64,000 nucleotides of DNA from Octopus vulgaris (taxonomy: Eukaryota). Of the stretch, positions 25,801-39,000 are shown piece after piece (position 1 is the first letter of the stretch; every line of letters starts with the position of its first letter). A program made the translations under genes and the position numbers. The notes under the pieces were generated by a model, which worked only from the letters and a program-made list of their open reading frames with translations, was not told the DNA's origin and did no database searches. The stretch is taken from NCBI GenBank assembly GCA_951406725.2, contig OX597814.1, forward strand, positions 29,450,001 through 29,514,000. Direction: 5' to 3'.

Positions 25801-28800
25801 TACTTGTTTCAGTCATTTGACTGTGCCCATGCTGGAGCACTGCCATTAGTCGAGCAAATCGACCCAAGGACTTATTCTTTGTAAGCCTAGTACTTATTCT
25901 ATTGGTCTCTTTTTTGCCGAACCGCTAAATTATGGGGACGTAAACACACCAGCATCGGTTGTCAAGCGATGTTGGGGGGACAAACACAGATACACAAACA
26001 TATACACACACACGTACATACATATATATACAGTTTCTGCCTACCAAATCCACTCAGAAGGCTTTGGTCGGCCCGAGGCTATAGTAGAAGACACTTGCGC
26101 AAGGTGCCACACAGTGGGACTGAATCCGGAACCATGTGGTTGGTAAGCAAGCTACTTACCACACAGCCACTCCTATGCCTATTTACAGAAGAAATAAATG
26201 ACTGGGCTATCATTTCCCAAGTTATAGAGCTTTATATCCTTTCTGCAGGTAATTTTAGACTGAGTAGGATTACATAATTCTCTATGGCCAGTCATCATAG
26301 TTTTAATGTATATTTTTCCATGCTTGCATGGGTCAGATGGAATTTGTTGAAGCAGATTTCCTATGGCCTGATACCCTTCATACTGCCAATAATCATTAGT
26401 TTCCAAACAAAGTAAGAGTTTCTTATGACCAGACATGTTTTTCATGGAGACTGGAAACAACTGACATTGCTTGTATGACAGTGATGCTCATTTAGAACCA
26501 TCATGTAATTTCAAGACAAGGACACACACACACATAATAGGCTTCTTTCAGTTTCCATCCACCAAATCTACTCATAAGTGTTTGGTCAATCTGGGCCTAC
26601 AGTAAAAGCTACTCACCCAAGATGCTACACAGCAAGACTGGGCTCAAAGCTACATGACTAAAAGCAAGCTTACCACACAGCCACACTTGCACTTGGTCTA
26701 GTTTACATATTTATGAAAACCATGTGATAGATTTTTTTCTGGGAAATATCTTTTTTGCACAAGTACACCAGCCAGAGGATATTCAACTTTCATTATGCAT
26801 AACGCTATTAATTCAAAGTTATACACCAGTATTATATATTTGTATACTTGTGTGAAGGCACATAGCTCAGTGGTTAGAGCAACGAACTCACAATCATGAG
26901 GTAGAGAGTTTGATTTCCAGACTAGGCTACGTGTTGTGTTCTTGAGCAAGACACTTTATTTCACGTTGCTCCAGTTCACTCAGCTGTAGAAATGAGTTGT
27001 GATGTCACTGATGCCAAGCTGTATCGGCCTTTGTTTTTCCCTTGGATAATATCGGTGGCGTGGAGAGGGGAGGCTAGTATGCATGGGCAACTGCTGGTCT
27101 TCCATAAACAACCTTGCCTGGACTTGTACCTTGGAGGGTAACTTTCTTGGTGCAATCCCATGGTCATTCATGACTGAAGGGGGTCCTTAACCATTACTCT
27201 TTTTATATTTGTTAGAAGTTCATGATTCACTCAGTTACTTCTCAGAATTTCACATATTTGCTCGCATTCAATGTTTGTTACATATTCAACAAATACGAAA
27301 AAGAAACTCAGTGCAAAAAGAAAATCAGTGCAAAATATATAATTAGATTTTTTAAAATAGGACAAATTTATATTATTTATAATAGGACAAATTTAAACTA
27401 TTTGCTCTCAATATATATATTTGGTGCCCTGCTGTACTCAGGAAGACCCGCCTGCCACAGTAGAATTGATATTAATGCTGGTGCCAAATAAAAAGCACTG
27501 GTGCTGGTGCCACATAAAAAGCACCTGGTACATTCCGTAGGAAGGGCACCCAGCCATAGAAACCATGCCAAAACAGACAATGGAGCCTGGTGCAGCCCCT
27601 GACCTTACCAACTCTGGTCAAACTGTCCAGCCCTTGGTAGTGTGGAAAACATATGTTAAATAATGATAATGATGATGGTGATGATATGTACTATTTACAT
27701 TCATTATAACACACAGTGTTGGCTAAAAGTCTATAGACATGTCTTATAATACATTGCAATATATTAATAATTGAATAAGTCAAAAAGTTGAAAGCAAGAA
27801 ATATTTCTATGTCTATATGTCCCTTTACAAAACTTTTTGGTTAAAATGCACAAACTGACTCATACTTTATATATGAATTGGAACAAAATAAATTTGTACC
27901 CATTTTTGTCAGCAAGAATGAAAGGGGTTTTCTTTTCTATATTTCAACATTTTTACAGTGCTGGAACAATAGTTTTTACAAGTGGAAATTCTTTCAATGC
28001 TGTTGATCATTTAACAGTGGATTAAGAAAAGTACTCTTACTCTTTTACTCTTTTACTTGTTTCAGTCATTTGACTGCGGCCATGCTGGAGCACCGCCTTT
28101 TAGTCGAGTAAATCGACCCCGGGACTTATTCTTTGTAAGCCCAGTACTTATTCTATCGGTCTCTTTTGCCGAACCGCTAAGTGACGGGGACGTAAATATA
28201 CCAGCCAGCATCGGTTGTCAAGCAATGTTAGGGGGACAAACACAGACACACAAACACATACACATATATATATATATACGTATATACGACAGGCTTCTTT
28301 CAGTTTCCGTCTACCAAATCCACTCACAAGGCATTGGTCGGCCCGGGGCTATAGCAAAAGACACTTGCCCAAGATGCCACGCAGTGGGACTGAACCCGGA
28401 ACCATGTGGTTGGTTAGCAAGCTACTTACCACACAGCCACTCCTGCGCCTATATGAATTGGAACAAAATAAATTTGAACCCATTTTTGTCAGCAAGAATG
28501 AAAGGGGTTTTCTTTTCTATATTTCAACATTTTTACAGTGCTGGAACAATAGTTTTTACAAGTGGAAATTCTTTCAATGCTGTTGATCATTTAACAGTGG
28601 ATTAAGAAAAGTACTCTTACTCTTTTACTCTTTTACTTGTTTCAGTCATTTGACTGCGGCCATGCTGGAGCACCGCCTTTTAGTCGAGTAAATCGACCCC
28701 GGGACTTATTCTTTGTAAGCCCAGTACTTATTCTATCGGTCTCTTTTGCCGAACCGCTAAGTGACGGGGACGTAAATATACCAGCCAGCATCGGTTGTCA

Positions 28801-31800
28801 AGCAATGTTAGGGGGACAAACACAGACACACAAACACATACACATATATATATATATACGTATATACGACAGGCTTCTTTCAGTTTCCGTCTACCAAATC
28901 CACTCACAAGGCATTGGTCGGCCCGGGGCTATAGCAAAAGACACTTGCCCAAGATGCCACGCAGTGGGACTGAACCCGGAACCATGTGGTTGGTTAGCAA
29001 GCTACTTACCACACAGCCACTCCTGCGCCTATATGAATTGGAACAAAATAAATTTGAACCCATTTTTGTCAGCAAGAATGAAAGGGGTTTTCTTTTCTAT
29101 ATTTCAACATTTTTACAGTGCTGGAACAATAGTTTTTACAAGTGGAAATTCTTTCAATGCTGTTGATCATTTAACAGTGGATTAAGAAAAGTACTTTACA
29201 ACAAGTTTCACTCTTACTTATTTGCTGGACTTAAGTTAGTTAGTTAGTTAGTTAATTTGGCTCAAAAGCAAATAGCAAGGCCATGTAGGGGGACATGGAG
29301 TTAAGTACAGGGTTGTGTAAAGAGTTCAGGCCACTTGAGGTCAAGGGAGGCTTTGAACAAAGCGGTCGTCGGCATCTTCACCATCTCGTCTGGCAGCTTG
29401 TTCCACGGATCCGCAACCCGGACGGAGAAAGCTCCTCTCCTTCGATTGAGATGAAATCGTCGCAGGTAGAGCTTTTCGGAATGACCCCGCAGCCGACGCT
29501 CTGGAACAGGAGTGAAGAACAGCTCTTTCGAGAGGTTACACTTTCCGCTTATGATGTTGTGGGCGAGAATGAGATCACCACAGCGGCGGCGTTTTTCAAG
29601 AGAATAAAGGTCAAGCATCCTCCTGGACTTAAGAGTTGCATGTGTCACCTAAATATAAAATACAATGAGCCAACGAGAGAGCCTCTGTGAGGTCAAACAA
29701 CCTGCTAGAAATAACAACCAAATCTCCAGCAGATTATATTCCATCATCTTAAAAAAGGTAAGGACACACATTAGATACACCCCTAACTACATCTCCACAA
29801 AGTAAAAAAAAAAAAATGAGATGATCGTAGCAGGAATGCCTTTGATCCTAAGTCTGTTCAAGCTTAAGTTGACCTGGGGCTAATCAATAACACAATAGTG
29901 TAATCTAACTTTAACTAAGCTCTTAACCATCTAAGTCTGTAGCTCAAAACCTTAGCCTCATAGCAGTAACAAATACACTAATTAGATTAAGGAATAAAGA
30001 TAATTGGAATAACAAAGATTATACCTATGCATGGCTTCTTCCACTCTTGGCCCACTTACCAAACTGGATACAACATCATCTAATTGCATTATAATGTCAG
30101 CCCCTACAAGAATAAACATGAATAAGAAACAATCATTTTACGAGAAATGAACAGGTAATATGTTGAGTTTCTGGTTAAGTGGCCTAAAAGTTTTTGTTGT
30201 TGAAGCTGATATTACAGTGACAACGCCCTCCATGACCCAATGAGGATGTCTTTATACAGTTGCTAAACCTGCTAGAAACAACAGTTAAACATCCCTCATT
30301 TTGTACTTTTTCATCTTGCAAAAAGAAAAAAAATTGGGAGAATACACTGATTAGTGTAGTTCCAGGTATGCAAAGCACAGAAAAAACAAAATACAAAAAA
30401 ACAAAAAACAGAAACAGAACTGTCAAGGCTCAGTGGTTAAGAGCATTCAGTTCACTATAATAAGGTCATGAGTTGAATTACTGGAGGCACATTGCGTCCT
30501 TGAGCAAGATACTTTATTTCTTTTTGCTCCTGTTCACTCAGTTGGCAAAAATGAGTTGTACTTGTAATTCAAAGGGCCAGCTTTGTCACATTGTGTGTCG
30601 TGCTAAATATCCCTGAGAACTACATTCTCAGAGTGGTTGGCATTAGGAAGGGCATCCAGCTGTAGAAACCAGGTGCAGCCTCCTCGCTTGCCAGTCCTCA
30701 CTCAAACTGTCCAACCCATGCCAGCATGAAAAGTGGATATTAAATGATGACAACAATGATGATGATGATGATGATATATATATATATAACTCTAAGAAAG
30801 CTAGAGGTTGGGAAACCAACCCACTAAGGGATAATATCTATCCAGTATACTGCTGGTAGAATACCCAATTATTAATATACAAGTGTTTTTTATTGCAATG
30901 CAATTACATTACCTAGTGTACTAAATGGGTGAATGTAAAGAGATATTTTACCATTAATTTATAGAGCAAATAAGAAAATGGAGGAGGATAATAGGTGGTT
31001 CATCAACTTTTAGACATTAAATTGTGTTAACTTATCTATTTATTTACTACATTGATAATTACAATAACATACATACATGTAACATATTATTATTTACATA
31101 TAAGATGTAATTATCAGTTTAGCAAATAAATAAATAAGTTAACATAATTCAATGTTTAAAAGTTGATGAACCACCTATTATCCTTCTCCATTTTCTTATT
31201 TGCTATTACCATAAAAGGCTAATATTGGTAAAATGAGACATACTTATCTACATGGCTGAAACAGCTGTAAGATGTAATATATACTTATATTTATATTTAC
31301 TTATATTTTTATTCTCTTTTTTATATATATTCTACAACATTACTCTTTTACACTTTTTTATGTACATTCCTTTGTGTACACTGATTTGCTCTGCTTTTTT
31401 TCTATGTTTAACCCTACAGTCTCTTATGTGGTGGTTTAATAAAGTATGTGATTGAGTATTATCTGATAATTGATATTTGATTTAGATGTATTTCTCCATT
31501 TTCTGATCTTGTATATATACACATATATATTCTTTTACTTGTTTCAGTCATGTGACTGTGGCCATGCTGGAGCACCGCCTTTAGTCGAACAAATCGACCC
31601 CAGGACTTATTCTTTGTAAACCTAGTACTTATTCTATCAGTCTCTTTTGTCGAACCGCTAAGTTACAGGGACATAAACACACCAGCATCGGTTGTCAAGC
31701 GGTGTTGGAGGTGTGTGTGTGTGTGGGGGGGGACAAACACAGACACACAAACATATACACACACATACATATATATGACGGGCATCTTTCAGTTTCCGTC

Positions 31801-32095
31801 TACTAAATTCACTCACAAGGCGTTGGTCAGCCCGAGGCTATAGTAGAAGACACTTGCACAAGGTGCCGTGCAGTGGAACTGAACCTAGAACCATGTGGTT
31901 CATAAGCAAGCTACTTACCACACAGCCACTCCTATGCCTATATATATATATATATATATGTTTTACTCTTTATCTTTTATTAAACTTTTAATACTTTTGA
32001 TATATATTTAAAATAATATAAATTAATTAATTTTATGTATTGGCTTATGTTTTTCATTGTTTGATTTGCCTAATAGTGGTTTTATCTCTAATTTA

Positions 32096-32134
<39 letters not shown>

Positions 32135-32994
32135 GTATGACAAGCTTTCTCACAGTTTCCATCTACCAAATTCACTCACAAAGCATTTGATGGTCCAGGG
32201 CTAAACTAAAAAACATTTGCCCTAAGTGCTGTGTAGTGGGACTGAATCTGAAACTATGTTGGATATAAAGTGAGCTTCTTAGCCAAACAGCCACGTCTGC
32301 ACCTACAAGCCATGTCTGTGCATTGAAAAAAAGAGTTTAAACATTTAACATTGACTTATTAAACAGGCACAAATCTTTTGCTTTATATAGAAGGAAAAAC
32401 TAGACAGAATAATGTATGTGACAAAATTAATATATACATAATATACGTGAAATGAAATAGCAGCCACAAAGAAATCAAAATTTAGGGTGTGGTACACTTG
32501 GTTTTATGTTGGTGTTAATAGTATAAACTTATGCCTAGACAAAATTTCGTTCTTGCTTCAGCACAGAATTGTTGTGAGTATTTATAATAAAATATCTCAC
32601 TAAAAGCATAAGGGAGAAAAAAAAAGATTGAAAATCACTGACCTAAATAACTCTGAGCCACTAAGTAATGTTATAAGCAACGAAACTATGTGTAAAAAAT
32701 CATTTGTTCCACTTACTCAAATTTGCTGAAATTTTTGTTATATTTCATTTTTAGTCTTTTAGTTGCCTCAGTCACTGGACTGTAACCATGCTAGGGCATT
32801 GATTTAGAGGATTTTAGTTGAATAAATTGACCCTATTATATAGGCGCAGGAGTGGCTGTGTGGTAAGTAGCTTGCTAACCAATCACATGGTTCCGGGTTC
32901 AGTCCCACTGCGTGGCATCTTCTGCTATAGCCCTGGGCCGACCAATGCCTTGTGAGTGGATTTGGTAGACGGAAACTGAAAGAAGCCTGTCGTA

Positions 32995-33031
<37 letters not shown>

Positions 33032-36000
33032 GTGTGTGTGTCTGTGTTTGTCCCCCTAGCATTGCTTGACAACCGATGCTGGTGTGTTTACGTCCCCGTC
33101 ACTTAGCGGTTCGGCAAAAGAGACCGATAGAATAAGTACTGGGCTTACAAAGAATAAGTCCTGGGGTCAATTTGCTCGACTACAGGCGGTGCTCCAGCAT
33201 GGCCGCAGTCAAATGACTGAAACAAGTAAAAGAGTAAAAGAGTATTACTGACAAAAACTGCCACAATATTGGGATGTAACCTAACCAACATCAATTGTCA
33301 GGTGGTAGGATGGGGCAAATACAGACACAAATACAATCACACACACACACAAAATATATATATATCATCATCATCATCATCGTTTAACGTCTGTTTTCCA
33401 TACTGGCATGGGTTGGACGGTTTGACTGAGGACTGGCAAGCCAGGAAGCTGCACCAGGCTCCAATCTGATCTGGCAAGGTTTCTACAGCTGGATATCCTT
33501 CCAAACACCAACCACTCCGAGAGTGTAGTGGTTGCTTTTTATGTGCCACTGGCACAGGAACCAGTCAGGCGGCACTGGCATTGACCATGTTTGGACGGTG
33601 CTTTTTATGTGCCACCAGCATGGGGAGCCAGTCAGGCAGCACTGGCATCAACCACAACTACGATTTCCATATATGTGTGTGTGTGTGGAGGCGCAATGGC
33701 CCAGTGGTTAGGGCAGCGTACACACGGTCGTAAGATCGCGGTTTCGATTCCCAGACCGGTCATTGTGAGTATTTATTGAGCGTAAACACCTAAATCTTCA
33801 CGAGGCTCCGGCAGGGGGTGGTGGTGATCCCTGCTGTACTCTTTCACCACAGCTTTCTCTCACTCTTTCTTCTGTTGGCCTGCTCGCTTAGCCAGCGGGG
33901 TAGTGTCATTGAAGGCTAAAACAATGCGAAGTGCATTGTGACTAGCGATGTGTAACAACATCTGATGGCCTGGTCGGTCACATGTCACATGATATATGTA
34001 CACACACACACATACAATAGGCTTCTATGTGGTTTCTGTCTACCAAATCTACTCACAAGGCATTGGTTAGCCTAGAACTATGCTAAGAGATACTTGCCCA
34101 AGATGCCATGCAGTGGAACTGAACTTAAAACCACATGGTTGCAAAGTGAGCGTCTTAATCACACATCCAAGCCAGTACTTAGTCATTTATGAAATATGAG
34201 TGGAAATATACAAAAAAAAAAAAAAAAAAGAATAATACAAAAGCTAAAATAGAGGAGCCACTTTTAAAAGTACACAACCACAAGGTAAATGAATTGCTAG
34301 TAAAAGCTAAAGGTCTTAAAAAACTGTTGTGTCTGGGGAAAATCATTTTATTTTTGTGCCTTATAATTTAACACACTCACTGGTAAAATTTCTACTTATT
34401 TCTTATTTTTATTTTCCTAAAATTTTAGTTGCATCTTGCAACCTTTTCAATAGTCTTAGGAAAAAAAAAAAAAAAAAGAAATAATTGGAAATTTTATCAG
34501 TGAGTGTGTTAAATTATAAGGCACAAAAAGAAAATGATTCTTCCCAGACAAAACAGAATATGCTTCAACACACAAACTCATATAAAGAATCTTGCAAACC
34601 AAGTCCAAAAACGAAATATTTTATAAAACTGTTTTTACCAAGTGCATTCTGAATTTCGATTGATCTCTCTGGAGTTAATAGCATCATAGTTTCATCATGA
34701 GGTGATTGGAATTCTACTCCTTCTTCGGTAATTTTGGCTAACTTTAGTAGAGACACCATCTGAAAGCCACCACTGTCCTAAACAGATGTAAACAAGATGA
34801 TAAATTTCAGAAAGAAGTTATGCCATTTTTATTCAAGTTATTTAAATTTACAATAAATGCACATTATAACAACAATGGAATTTAAAGGTAGACGACAGGC
34901 ATCTTGTCACTGGTTCTGTACTGTAATCATGCCATCATGTTCAACTTACTTCATCAGAAGCAGAGTAAAACATCTAGGTAATTGTTGACCTGTTCAATAC
35001 ATTAGCCAGATTTCCCTCAATGAACTCCCTATTCACACAATTTAACCCTTTCGTTACTGTACTTATTTTGAGATGCTTTCAGTTTCTTTCAATTACTTTA
35101 AATATAACAAAAAATTTAGTAAAACAACTAAGTTATTATTCAGCTAGTGTTAGAAACATAAATTGTGATTAAGGTTTGGTGGAAGATTTTAATTCAGAAT
35201 TTTTGTAAACAAGACATTTGTACTACAGAGCCAGAGCCGGTTTTGGCAGGGTTGGTAACGAAAAGGTTAAGCCTCTGAATCTTAAGACAGTAATTAACAT
35301 TAACATTTTAGATCTGGTATGAATTGGATAATTTTTCAGTTGCCGAATCATTTAGTTAGTTCTTACAATACGTAGGTACAATGTACCTACTCTAAACCTA
35401 TCGCACATAGTAAAATCTTAAAATAAGATGAAGGCTGTAAAAATTAGAAAGATTCATCAGGAAACACCAATTAAATGCATTTTTCAGTCATTTATAGACT
35501 TAACCCAGCACCAGGTTTAACACAATCATATGGTCCTTGGGTGCCTTTTATGAGACCACTGTGTTGCAAGGATAACTTCCTTCTTCTTACCAGCTCTGCA
35601 GGCATTTTTTTTACATCTAGGTCATAAAGAATTACACTTTTAAAAAAAATCCTAACTCTCTTCAAGCAAATGTGACCAGCTTTACCCAGCAACAACAAAA
35701 GAAGCAGCTATAAGTAGTGGGAGCATTATAGTGATAATAAATGCACCCTTTTAAAGCCTAGCCAGGCTCATGGGCCCGGTTTCAATGGCATATGTGTTCC
35801 CCAGCTAGACAGGACGCCAGTCCATTACAGCGTTACTCATTTTTGCCAGCTGAATGGACTGGAGCAACGTGAAATGAAGTGTTTTGCTCAAGAACACAAC
35901 GCGTCGCCCGGTCCAGGAATCGAAACCACAATCTTACGATCATGATGCTGACACCCTAACCACTAAGTCATGCACCTCCACAGTGGGAGCATAATCAATG

Positions 36001-39000
36001 TTATAATTTTCTTTTATCTTTTACTTGTTTCAATCTTTGGACTTTGGCCATGTTAGTTGCCAATGACTTGACCATGTGACAGGTTGTACTGGGTTACATG
36101 TTACCAGTGGTACTGAAGAGTGACCTGATACCAGTTGATATCTTCAGTACCTGTTACTTTGCAGAACTGAATCCAAGTCTTTTTATGAACTTGGGATAAA
36201 CAACAGAGAACAATCTGAGTATGTTCTTCCTAAAATATCAAGATTTTGGCACAATCACTACAACCTCATCTACTCAACAACACATTTATTTAAAAGAGTC
36301 AAGACTATTGAAAAGGTTGCAACACGCAACGAAAATTTTAGGAAAATAAGAATAAGAAATAAGTGGAAATTTTACCGGTGAGTGTGTTAAATAATAAGGC
36401 ACTAAAAGAGAATGACTCTCCCCAGACACAACAGAATATGCTTCAACACACAAACTCATATAAAGAATCTTGCAAACCAAATCCCAAAATGAAAAATTTA
36501 TTTAAAAGCTTAAATTGGTAAAACTAACAAAGAGTACAAATGTTATTAATACCAATATAAATCACTTACAGTTAATAAATTCCTGTCCCAGCTCATAAAT
36601 TCATGAAGGCCGCCTGCTTTTTTCATGAGTTCAGGACCCTAAAATGAAAAGAAGAAAAATTATATATAATCTTCAATAGATATAAAACAAGAGTTTCTTT
36701 CAGAAATGGTGAGTAGAAAATGGCAATAGCCAAGAATGTAGTCAACAGCTCATATCCTTCCATCACCGATACTTTGCTGTATCTGTGACCTAGACATTTA
36801 GGTTTCAATGATCCAGTTTATGTCTGTGCAGACATAACAGCCCCCACCGTAAGAAGTGATAACTCTGTTAAACTGAAGACTGCTTCAGTGATTTCTGTAG
36901 TGCCTGAAATAAAACTTTTCGGCAATCTTTCGGTACAAGTACCATAACTGCCAAGTCTGTTTGTTTACATTTGAAGAAGAAGATTGTCACTTTCCGTAAT
37001 TTTTTTTTTTTTTTTTATATATATGTGGGGTTAGGGTTAGGGTTAGAGGTGGTGGAAAAAGGTTTCTTTTTTCTTCAGAAATGTAAATAAACCCACGTGG
37101 GTTTATAATTGGCAGTTATGGTACTTGTACCGAAAGATCGCCAACTTTTCTCAAGTAAAAGTTACTGGCACTAGACTGACTGCTATTATATCTGTAGGAA
37201 CATGTACTTCTCGACCAGAAAATCTAGAATTAACAGACAATAACAGAATTAAACTCTTTGTACAAACATGCATGAATTACAATGTCCCCATGGTAATATT
37301 TAGTCAACCAGAGTTTGCCTACAGTGTTTTTCTTTCTGACTGATGGAATATTATTTTTAATACCAACAGATAAAACAAAGAAACTCCCAAAGAGGGAGTC
37401 TCAAGGGGGTCTCTAGGGAGCTTCTATATAGTTGTTCAACTTGCTATAAATAGCAGCAAAATCTTCCTCATGTCACATCATACTGTTTTAAAAGAAAAGA
37501 AAACATTGGATAATGTAATCTAGGGTATACTATTCCTGAGAAAAAGAAATAATGCCGAATGGAGATAAGGTGAATTCCTTTGATGAGAAACCTGCTTAGT
37601 CAGAGACCGAACTGACTTGGGACCAAACAGCAACATTTTATTATGGTTTGTTTGTTATCTAGAAATGATTTTAGAGAACATTCACATCCATTAACCCCTT
37701 AGCATTTAAACTCGCTGTATCTGGTCCAGAATGTGCTTTATGTTCAAACGGGCCAGATCCAGCCTATCATACCTACCCAACAAAGTCATTTTAAAAATAA
37801 ACAGTTACATCATCAAAATCTCAAAGCTACAAGATAATGCATGATTAATTTCAAAACAATGTGACTAAATAAGCATTACATTTGAAAGAGTAATCTTAAT
37901 GTTAAAGGGTTAAATAGATCTTCAAGTTTATAGATGTCCATCCTAAGGTCAATAAAATTAGCGATAACCTATAACTCAGTTCTGCCTGGGAGTGTTACAC
38001 ATAACTGACCTGAAGAAGGTGAGCTACATACAACTCAACTGGAGTGGGAGTATTACATATAATTCAATTAAGTGAGTGTGTTGCCTGAGTGATAGTTCTA
38101 ACTTAAATTACAATGAGAGTGACATGTTTAACTACAACTAAATTAGATGCTTCTCACTTTTGAAGGGAGAGAGACATATTTCAATTAAATTTTGGTGAAT
38201 CAGATAGAAGAATGTGCCCAGTACTGTTTATAACATTTTCTCGATCTTGAACCCTTGGAATTACTAGTTTAAAACCTTGGCTATTAAAGCTACCTTTCCA
38301 CCATACACTAGATGAAACTGAATAATAATAAATTCTACTAACATGAAGTTACTTGCTTGTACTAAATATTTAAAAATCATAGTTGATCAGCTGGTCATAT
38401 CTAGTCACTAATGTATGCTGTGTGAGTAAAACATCTCTCAGAATCTCAAAAGCTCAGTCTGCTTAGCTGTAAACAGTTCTCACCACTGTAGACAGGAAGA
38501 GTAATATCCCTATATAGCAAGGCAGAGTATTACTATATAGCTATATAGTAATATCACTATATAGCTGGCAGAATCATTAACAATTAAAATGCTTAATGGT
38601 ATTTTGTCCATCTGAAGGCGGCGAGCTGGCAGAAACGTTAGCACGCCGGGCGAAATGCGTAGCCATATTTCGTCTGCCGTTACGTTGTGAGTTCAAATTC
38701 CGCCGAGGTCGACTTTGCCTTTCATCCTTTCGGGGTCGATAAATTAAGCACCAGTTACGCACTGGGGTCGATGTAATCAACTTAATACCTATGTCTGTCC
38801 TTGTTTGTCCCCTCTGTGTTTAGCCCCTTGTGGGTAATAAAGAAATAGGTATTTTGTCCATCTTTATGATCTGAATTCAAATTCTGTATGGTCAACTTTG
38901 TCTTTCATACTTTCGGGGTTGACAAAACAAGTACCAGTTGAGCACTGGGATCAATGTAATCAACTTAATCCCTTCCCTGAAATTGTTGACTTTGTACCAA

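Noticed and set aside
28057-29185. Two identical 182-aa ORFs (and two 123-aa ORFs)
   Set aside because: They are translations of an antisense SINE plus flank inside a tandem duplication; the same peptides recur at every copy of this SINE
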